Shown piece after piece: positions 57,251 through 64,000 of a stretch of 64,000 nt of DNA. The notes below the pieces were generated by a model that ran no database searches, was not told the DNA's origin, and worked only from the letters and a program-made list of their open reading frames with translations. The position numbers and the translations under genes are program-made. Within the stretch, counting starts at the first letter, position 1. Every line of letters starts with the position of its first letter. The stretch covers positions 62,569 through 126,568 of the forward strand of contig JAJDBV010000001.1 of the NCBI GenBank assembly GCA_029261165.1, given 5' to 3'. This DNA is from Nitrospirota bacterium (lineage in GTDB: Bacteria; Nitrospirota; Nitrospiria; SBBL01; JAADHI01).

Positions 57251-57502
57251 TTGACACAGAGGGTTCACAACTTCTTCTCTCCTTCCGTCAAACTGATCGA
57301 CAAGCTAAGAGTTGCGTCCAAAACAATCAAACGATATGCTCGGCCTAAGACCCCTTATCAGAGAGTCCTGGAATCGCCCCAAGTCTCTGAGTCCTTCAAG
57401 GCAAATTTAAAAGAACAAAGGCGACCCCTTAACCCTTTTGTCCTCAGGAAGGCCATGGAAAGAAAACTCAAAAAGATCTTTGATCTTCTTTCCAGAAAGT
57501 AA
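57251..57502 (+). pseudogene. Probable C-terminal remnant of a transposase
   Basis: The 83-aa ORF (..KRYARPKTPYQRVLES...NPFVLRKAMERKLKKIF) resembles conserved C-termini of some DDE transposases. It is followed by two ATGAGTCAACG direct repeats (57512-57522, 57549-57559). Recognition is weak. Confidence 0.3.
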
Positions 57503-57862
57503 CATCCTTTTATGAGTCAACGTTCTCTTCCTTCGGTAACATTTTCTAATGAGTCAACGGGTCAAGCTATCAAGTTGGCATTACTGTCCTATTGACTGAT
57601 AAAATTGTCTACAAAATGCCACAAACTATATCGTAAAGGAAAATACTTCGCACAGTATTACAAAACAAGAACCATTCTACACTCCCAATAATTGTTCATT
57701 CGCAAGCTTTTGGTTTCTGAACATTTGTACCTCTACAGCGAGAATACTTTGACTGAAACAAACGGACAGAGAATTCACCCCTCCCCTCAATCCTTTTCTT
57801 GAGAGGCGCTTGACATCGGTTATGATTCCGGTGAGAATCAAAAATGAGGGGGAAAATCCATC

Positions 57863-58300
57863 ATGATTACAATGGCGCCGCATGACATGAAAAAGAGACT
57901 TTTCTTTGTCCTCTGTTTTGCAATCTTTCTCATTGGTGGTTCCCTTCATGGCGAAGCGCGCATCGAACCTCCGGGGCAAGCCCGGACCGTTTCGGAAGCA
58001 GAGAAGCCGGCAGAGTGGCTCGACCACAATGGACATAACAAAGCGTGGTGGGTGAATCAGATAAGGATCTGGAAGGAGAAAAGAGAAGACGCCCTCAACA
58101 CATTACTCCAGGCGGAAGAGGCGTTCAAAATGACCCGATTTAAGAACTACTCCGCAGCGCAGAAGCGGATGGAAAGGAACCAGCTCCGGGAAGAGATTCA
58201 GGCGCATACGGAGGCACTTCGAAAGGCTGAGGCAATGCTTCATATCACTCTCCCGGAACAGGCACGAAAGGCAGGGGTCCCCTCCGGTTGGCTTCGGTAA
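57863..58300 (+). CDS. Secreted coiled-coil hypothetical protein
   Basis: 145 aa. Signal peptide (KKRLFFVLCFAIFLIGGSLHG) followed by a charged helical region. Confidence 0.4.
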   Translation: MITMAPHDMKKRLFFVLCFAIFLIGGSLHGEARIEPPGQARTVSEAEKPAEWLDHNGHNKAWWVNQIRIWKEKREDALNTLLQAEEAFKMTRFKNYSAAQKRMERNQLREEIQAHTEALRKAEAMLHITLPEQARKAGVPSGWLR

Positions 58301-58347
58301 ACCTCATGACTTAATCAGAGGTTCGTTGAGTAAGCCCCCTGTCCTCA

Positions 58348-58965
58348 TCAATGCGTGTGTACATCACCAAGCCCATCTACCTCATCGTGATGCGAATCAT
58401 CACCGTGACCTGACTTGCCTTCATCGTTGTGTCCACCGCCACTATGGCCATGTCCCTCTGGAGTTTCCTGATCCAGTGCCTGGTAATCATCACTGCTCAT
58501 ATTGGGTAAGGCCTTTACAAATGCAACGATATTCCAGAGTTCAGGGTCTTTGTGCGTCGGCCCCCAGGCCGGCATGCCGGTCATTCGGATTCCGTTTTTA
58601 ATCACCCAGAACAACTCGGCGGCAGACATTTGTTCGGCACGCTTGGCAAGGTCCGGCGGCTCAGGATTCAGCCCCTGGGCTGTCGGAGAGGCTGAAGCTC
58701 CTGGAGGGGTATGGCAGCTTGCACACATCTCACGAAAGCTGCGGAATCCTTCTTCGACCTGTTGCGCCCCTTCCATGGGCGGTACTTTGATCAAGGCGGC
58801 ACGGCTTTTTACGGCGTTCTCCCGTGTGGTGGCCAAGACCCAACGGACCAGAGCCGGATCTTTCCATGATGTGGATACATCGAACAGGCCGGCATAGACC
58901 ACCGTCAGACCGACAAGCGTGGCAAGGGTTATGGCAGTACCTAAAGTTATGACAACATTTTTCAT
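58348..58965 (-). CDS. Membrane-anchored mono-haem c-type cytochrome with His-rich C-terminal tail
   Basis: 205 aa. N-terminal TM/signal anchor, CASCH haem motif, distal Met region GIRMTGMPAWG. The C-terminal tail is EGHGHSGGGHNDEGKSGHGDDSHHDEVDGLGDVHTH. Confidence 0.75.
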   Translation of the reverse strand: MKNVVITLGTAITLATLVGLTVVYAGLFDVSTSWKDPALVRWVLATTRENAVKSRAALIKVPPMEGAQQVEEGFRSFREMCASCHTPPGASASPTAQGLNPEPPDLAKRAEQMSAAELFWVIKNGIRMTGMPAWGPTHKDPELWNIVAFVKALPNMSSDDYQALDQETPEGHGHSGGGHNDEGKSGHGDDSHHDEVDGLGDVHTH

Positions 58966-59140
58966 ATCAACTCCTTTCTATATTTGATACGTATCATGGG
59001 TTAAAAGCTATTTTTAAAAGTCCCTCAAGTTTTCTATCCGTCATTCTATGCTGAGTCACTGGGTTGATCTCATCTATCGGGAGAGAGAAAATGTCACCTC
59101 TCACAATTCTTACGCGGTGGCGTTACAAGGCAGGTTTCAC

Positions 59141-59308
59141 TTAGTCCACCACGGGCTCTAATCCCTCGCGATTGACCAGAATGGTCTGATCAATGATTTC
59201 TCCGCAAAGTAGACAGCGGAACCCATTAAAAAAAAGCCTGTCCATGTCATCCCAATAATCCTGAAATCGATTTGGGACCATCAAACCATCACATCTTGGA
59301 CAACGCAT
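59141..59308 (-). CDS. Small zinc-ribbon protein (below the ORF-track size cutoff)
   Basis: Own translation gives MRCPRCDGLMVPNRFQDYWDDMDRLFFNGFRCLLCGEIIDQTILVNREGLEPVVD (55 aa), with two CxxC pairs. AGGAGG lies 7 nt upstream of the ATG. Confidence 0.5.
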   Translation of the reverse strand: MRCPRCDGLMVPNRFQDYWDDMDRLFFNGFRCLLCGEIIDQTILVNREGLEPVVD

Positions 59309-59401
59309 AACACACCTCCTTTTTTCAAAGGATGGGTATGTCCCCGGAATATCGGTGAACCGTTATCCGGACCTTTTGTCTATGGGCATTGCAAGGGGGT
59401 A

Positions 59402-59803
59402 TTAAAGGCGAAAGGATTGGTGGATTTGATAAAGATTAGAAAAACGCTTGGGTAACTTGAGCGTTTGCGAAAAGGAGAAAGGGAGCTGGTGAGGCTGGCG
59501 AAAATTCGTGGACAAGAAAATTGAACCTGGGGATTCGTTTCTCGGAAGAGGTTGAAGAGAGTCTCTTTCCCAGTTTGACTGCTGTTTGGAAAGTGATATC
59601 GTCCCGACGCAGCTATGTTCGACCTCATTGGGGGCGTGATGGGAATCGTTCATCTCTTGGTGCCCCTGCCCGGTATGGGTTGCCATTATAGGCTGGGCGG
59701 CCACAGATGCATTATCCCAGGGACAGATCCCCCAGACAAATGACCAGACGAGGAGTAGGACAAAGGTGAAGAGCCGTTTTTTTAACGAAGGGTACTTGTT
59801 CAT
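59402..59803 (-). CDS. Secreted His-containing hypothetical protein
   Basis: 133 aa. Signal peptide followed by HTGQGHQEMNDSHHAPNEVEH. Confidence 0.4.
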   Translation of the reverse strand: MNKYPSLKKRLFTFVLLLVWSFVWGICPWDNASVAAQPIMATHTGQGHQEMNDSHHAPNEVEHSCVGTISLSKQQSNWERDSLQPLPRNESPGSIFLSTNFRQPHQLPFSFSQTLKLPKRFSNLYQIHQSFRL

Positions 59804-60180
59804 GTTTAAAGTATAATCACGCTATACCTTTGTGTCAATTCGCCAGTGTAACAATTTGTTGAATGAAGATCCATCCCGACGTATAATCCCATTGATCCCT
59901 CCTTGGTTATGAGCAACACTTTAAAAAGGCGAGTATAGCCTTTTTGGGACACTCACTTAGAGGGGGCTTTCTCTCTATCCCCTTTCGACTGTTAATGCTA
60001 TCAGGCTTAAGAGGAAGATGTTCTGGGAAGGTATCGCCTGAAATGCTAGCCTTCCAGCCGTCTTGGGGAGAACCCGCCGTACGGAATGATAGGGGGAAGT
60101 CTGGAAATATGGACATCAGTAAATCCCGATCCGCGTCAAACTCCTAGACAACCGCCCTGCGGCGTCCGCACCGATAAGGA

Positions 60181-60660
60181 ATGAAAATGCCAAAAGAAAA
60201 GAGCCCTGGAGGGCTTGGGGGGTGGCTGATATTGGTTGGATTAGGGATCATCATCGCACCTATAAAGCTCATGGCGGCCTTCCTTCCTGCTATTAAGATA
60301 TTTTCTGATGGAACGTGGGAAGTTCTGACGGTGCCTGGCAGTGAGTCATATAATCTGCTGTGGGGACCAATTATACTGGGGGAGATGTTAATAAACGGTG
60401 GTTCGCTGATCGTTTGGCTATACGTTGCTTTTCTTTTCTTCTCAATGAAAAAGGGTTTTCCAAAATGGTACATCAGAATCATGGTGTTTCAAGTAGCCTT
60501 CATACTTCTTGATGCGCTTGCTATTAGCTTGGTTCTGCCTAGTGAACCGATATTCGATCCTAATACTGCAAAAATATTTGCTAGTGCTCTCATCGGAGCC
60601 TTGATATGGGTTCCTTATGTGCTAGTGTCAAAGCGAGTGAAAGCAACTTTCATTGAGTAA
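60181..60660 (+). CDS. DUF2569-like membrane protein
   Basis: 159 aa. GGLGGWLILVGLGIII N-terminus and four TM helices, typical of DUF2569. Confidence 0.5.
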   Translation: MKMPKEKSPGGLGGWLILVGLGIIIAPIKLMAAFLPAIKIFSDGTWEVLTVPGSESYNLLWGPIILGEMLINGGSLIVWLYVAFLFFSMKKGFPKWYIRIMVFQVAFILLDALAISLVLPSEPIFDPNTAKIFASALIGALIWVPYVLVSKRVKATFIE

Positions 60661-60963
60661 AAATGCCTAACATGCTTGATAAATCTCTCCGGGTCCGGGG
60701 AGGAGCCGTTTGCGTTATTTTGATTAAGATGGTAAGATTTCCATTATATTTACCGCAGATAAAATCGCTTTCCTAGCCTCCGCTGGCAGGGGTTTGAACC
60801 CAAAATTTTGGCAAAGGGGGAAACACTCCCTTTGGAGCTACCAATTCCCCATAGTTTTCTACGGGGCTACCAGATAAAGGAAAGGGTTAGAGAAACCACG
60901 GGTTCTCTAAGCAAGTTGTTCTTTTTTTGGACACCCCGCTGCTAACGGCGAAGAGCAATAATC

Positions 60964-61458
60964 ATGAGAAGATTTTTTTTGAAAAAGAAGAAGCAAAAAA
61001 GGATCGTGTTGGTTTCCCTTCTGTGTTTTCTCTTGTCAGGGATAGGGCTTACTCAGTCCCTCCCGATCCTTCTTCTAATGGTTGGCAATTCTCATCCGGT
61101 ATATATTATCGAGACCGAAGGCAAGGTCCACCTGGTTTTGCACCACCGTGGTAATCAGGATGAACATGAGCAGATCGGGGGCCTCAAGCATCAGCATGAT
61201 CTCCTGGATAAAGTGATTGCTTTTTCGGGCAAGGGAGAGATTTCCCATACCGACCATGAAGTAGAAATACCTAATTTCAAGAAAAAGGCTGTGACCAAGA
61301 CAGAAAACGTCGTGGTCGCAAAAAACCTTGCTCCACTTCGAATTGTCCAAATATTGCCGACTTCCATTAAGCTGGATGTTATCCAGTTCACACTTCATTC
61401 ACCGCCAACAACCAATCCAACGATTGGGTCTCTCCATAAAATCATCCTTTTGATTTAA
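60964..61458 (+). CDS. Small His-rich exported protein immediately upstream of the efflux genes (CzcI-like position)
   Basis: 164 aa. N-terminal TM/signal sequence, then HLVLHHRGNQDEHEQIGGLKHQHD...SHTDHE. Confidence 0.4.
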   Translation: MRRFFLKKKKQKRIVLVSLLCFLLSGIGLTQSLPILLLMVGNSHPVYIIETEGKVHLVLHHRGNQDEHEQIGGLKHQHDLLDKVIAFSGKGEISHTDHEVEIPNFKKKAVTKTENVVVAKNLAPLRIVQILPTSIKLDVIQFTLHSPPTTNPTIGSLHKIILLI

Positions 61459-61554
61459 TCCTCCGAGCTTATTATCGGTTTTCACCGTTCCCCTATATCA
61501 TCCGCATCGATATAGGGAAATACCGAGTAATTAAGATTCCTTCGGAGGATATTC

Positions 61555-63036
61555 ATGAATACGCATAACGAGCGCAGCCCTCGTCCTTCCAGGACGAGGT
61601 TCGGTAAGCGAACAAGATCAGAGATTCACAACCTGTTGTGTAGGAGAAAGCTTGTCCCTTTGGGGCGGGGGTTCTTCAACCTGAAAGTCATCATTTTATT
61701 TAGTACTGCGCTTGTATTTGGCGTGACCGGCTGTGCGCAGCATCGCACGGATCCGGTGCGACTGGAACCTCGTCCACTCGGGAGTAAAATACCAAGCTTT
61801 CGTCCATCCGCTAAGCCGAACGATATCCCGGAAGAGCCACGCAGCCATATTACAGTAGAGGATGCCCTCGCACTGGCCCTCATGAGGAACCCGGATCTGG
61901 CAGCTACTGCCTGGGAAATTCGTGCCCGTGAGGGAGCAATACTTCAAGCCGGCCTGTTTCCCAATCCAGAAATCAGCACAGAGATAGAAGACCTTGGCGG
62001 ATCTGCTTTTAGTGGAGCGGATCAGGCTGAAGCGACAATTTCTCTGGACCAGTTCATCGAATTGGGTGGAAAGCGTCTCAAGAGGAAAAAGCTTGCCTCT
62101 CTGACTTTTGACCTAGGGGGTTGGGATTATGAGGCGAAACGGATTGATCTCTTCACCCAGGTCACGCAGGCCTTCGTGCGTGTCTTGGGTGCGCAAGAAA
62201 ATCTTACCCTATCGGATGAGATGGTCCGCCTGGCACAACAGGTTGCAGATACGGTCTCCGGGAGAGTCCAGGCGGGGAAGGTCTCCCCAGTAGAGGAAAT
62301 CAAGGCGAAAGTGGCACTTGCTTCTGTTCAGATTGAAATGCGTCGTGCGAAAAAGGCCCTGGAGGCTCTGCGTAAACAGTTGGCCGCAACATGGGGGAGT
62401 ACCACACCCACCTTTACGTTGGCGAAAGGGAATCTTAGATCCGTCTTCCCCGTCCCGTCTTTCGATCAACTTGTAAACCACCTTTCACAAAATCCGGAAC
62501 TTGCCCGCTGGGGCACAGAGATCTCACAGCGTGAATCGGTGATCGACCTGGAAAGATCAAACGCTATTCCGGATATAACCCTGAGTGGCGGGGTGAGGCG
62601 ATTCAATGAGACAGACACCACTGGGTTTGTCGCCGGCTTCTCGATCCCGCTTCCGATCTTGAATCAAAATCAGGGCGCCATTCAAGGAGCGCGCGCCCAA
62701 CTTTCAAAGGCAAAGGAGGAACGGAGGGCCGCTGAGGTCCGTCTTACATCAGAACTGGCAGAGGCATATCGTGCCCTCTCTACTGCGAGTGCCGAGGTAC
62801 GGGGTCTCGAGAGGGACGTTCTTCCCGGAGCGGAAAGAGCATTTAACTCAGTGAATGAAGGATACCGTCTCGGAAAGTTTGGTCTGCTGGATGTCCTGGA
62901 TGCCCAGCGGACCCTGTTTGGTGCACGTGCCCAGCATCTTGAAGCGTTGATCGGCTACCATCAGGCGGTTGCCGGCGTAGAACAGTTGATTGGGGCGCGA
63001 TTAAATGACGTCAAGAATACGATAAGAAAAGATTAA
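61555..63036 (+). CDS. TolC/CzcC-family outer-membrane efflux lipoprotein
   Basis: 493-aa ORF. Lipobox VTGC and two OEP repeats (LSLDDAL-like ITVEDALALALMRNPDL...). The true start is probably internal (possibly TTG before GRGFFNLKVIILF). Confidence 0.8.
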   Translation: MNTHNERSPRPSRTRFGKRTRSEIHNLLCRRKLVPLGRGFFNLKVIILFSTALVFGVTGCAQHRTDPVRLEPRPLGSKIPSFRPSAKPNDIPEEPRSHITVEDALALALMRNPDLAATAWEIRAREGAILQAGLFPNPEISTEIEDLGGSAFSGADQAEATISLDQFIELGGKRLKRKKLASLTFDLGGWDYEAKRIDLFTQVTQAFVRVLGAQENLTLSDEMVRLAQQVADTVSGRVQAGKVSPVEEIKAKVALASVQIEMRRAKKALEALRKQLAATWGSTTPTFTLAKGNLRSVFPVPSFDQLVNHLSQNPELARWGTEISQRESVIDLERSNAIPDITLSGGVRRFNETDTTGFVAGFSIPLPILNQNQGAIQGARAQLSKAKEERRAAEVRLTSELAEAYRALSTASAEVRGLERDVLPGAERAFNSVNEGYRLGKFGLLDVLDAQRTLFGARAQHLEALIGYHQAVAGVEQLIGARLNDVKNTIRKD

Positions 63037-63048
63037 GGAGAAGAGGTT

Positions 63049-64000
63049 ATGAAAAGTAAAAAGATCATTATCGCCCTATCGATTGTCTTTATAGGGATGA
63101 CCACAGCCGTCTGGTTATTTTGGCCTGCCGGTTCGTCTGAAGTTCAAATCCTGGAAGCTGAGCATGAAGAGGGACATGACGCGCATGAGGATGAACATGA
63201 TGGTGAACACGACGAGCATGAAGAGGGGCATGATGAGCATGAGGATGAGAAGATCATTCGTTTGAGTGATGCTGAAATGCGGGAGTTTGGGATCAAACTC
63301 GGCAGAGCCAGCCGAGGGAATCTCCATAAATACGTGAACCTTCCAGGCGAAGTGAGGCCGAATTCAGAACGGCAGGCGCATGTTGTTCCTCGCGTTTCCG
63401 GCATCGTTCGAGAGGTCCGAAAAAGCCTGGGGGATCGCGTGAAAAAAGGTGAGGTAATTGCCGTGGTCGATAGCCGTGAGTTGGCCGACACCAAGGCGGC
63501 ATTCCTGGCGGCGATCGAGCGCGTAACGCTCGCTAAAGCGAACTTTCTCCGGGAGGAGACCCTTTGGAAGAAGAAGATTTCACCCAAGCAGGATTATCTT
63601 GAGGCGAAGCAGGTCCTGGCTGAGGTCCGTATTGAACGACGGTCTGCCGAGCAAAAGCTTCATTCCCTTGGGTTTTCTGAAAAATATCTGAAACAACTTC
63701 CCAATCAGCCAGACGAATCTTTTACCCGGTATGAGATCGTCGCCCCTTTTAAGGGGACGGTGATCGAGAAACATATCACGCTCGGTGAAGCCTTAAAGGA
63801 GGATAGCGTCGCCTTTATTATCGTTGATCTTTCTAGTGTCTGGGTTGACTTGGGAGTCTATCAGAAAGATCTCCCCTTTGTTCGCAAGGACCAATCGGTC
63901 TTCATCTCCGGAAACGATGGGGTTCTAAAAACAACAGGCAAGATTGCTTATCTGGGCCCGGTGATTGGAGAGGAGACGCGAACAACGCTTGCCCGCATTG
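63049..64000 (+). CDS. RND efflux membrane-fusion protein, CzcB/CusB type, with His/Asp/Glu-rich N-terminus; partial (runs off right edge)
   Basis: Own translation from ATG 63049 gives MKSKKIIIALSIVFIGMTTAVWLF...EHEEGHDAHEDEHDGEHDEHEEGHDEHEDE... It continues with HlyD/MFP-type lipoyl and hairpin regions (RVSGIVREV...GEVIAVVDS). Absent from the ORF track because it is edge-truncated. Confidence 0.85.
   Translation, partial: MKSKKIIIALSIVFIGMTTAVWLFWPAGSSEVQILEAEHEEGHDAHEDEHDGEHDEHEEGHDEHEDEKIIRLSDAEMREFGIKLGRASRGNLHKYVNLPGEVRPNSERQAHVVPRVSGIVREVRKSLGDRVKKGEVIAVVDSRELADTKAAFLAAIERVTLAKANFLREETLWKKKISPKQDYLEAKQVLAEVRIERRSAEQKLHSLGFSEKYLKQLPNQPDESFTRYEIVAPFKGTVIEKHITLGEALKEDSVAFIIVDLSSVWVDLGVYQKDLPFVRKDQSVFISGNDGVLKTTGKIAYLGPVIGEETRTTLARI

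Overview
The window is a bacterial chromosome segment (host not identifiable from sequence alone) made of six blocks. (1) 1-29.3 kb is the core of a conjugative element. It has a minus-strand DNA-processing operon (degenerate T4CP-like protein, TraD-type coupling protein, CHC2/Toprim primase, replication-relaxation family protein). Diverging from it is a complete F-like type IV secretion/pilus set: OmpA-like, DsbC, TraA-like pilin, TraL/E/K/B/V/C/N/W/U, TrbC, S26 peptidase, TraF, TraH, TraG, lytic transglycosylase. Small cargo genes follow (NfeD/SPFH pair). No integrase, canonical relaxase or att site is visible. (2) 29.5-47 kb is a phosphate-starvation island: phoR, pstSCAB, phoB, psiE, and an OprP-like porin operon ending in an aquaporin and arsC. 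Four promoters carry 11-bp-periodic TTNACA Pho-box arrays. A tightly coupled P-loop / NlpC-P60-like / ABC-exporter trio sits inside this island. (3) 47.2-51 kb is an AT-richer arsR-pstS2C2A2B2 cluster. (4) 51.3-54.8 kb encodes a ZnuA/ZnuB-like importer with an outer-membrane barrel but no ATPase, headed by a (GACA/GACT) tetranucleotide repeat. (5) 54.9-57.6 kb is an IS graveyard (truncated IS3, intact IS200-type tnpA, a transposase remnant). (6) 57.8-64 kb is a metal-resistance cluster: His-tailed cytochrome c, small His-rich secreted proteins, a TolC/CzcC-like protein and a His-rich CzcB-like protein that runs off the right edge. No rRNA, tRNA or CRISPR array was recognised. All functional calls rest on motif and architecture recognition by eye, with no database searches.
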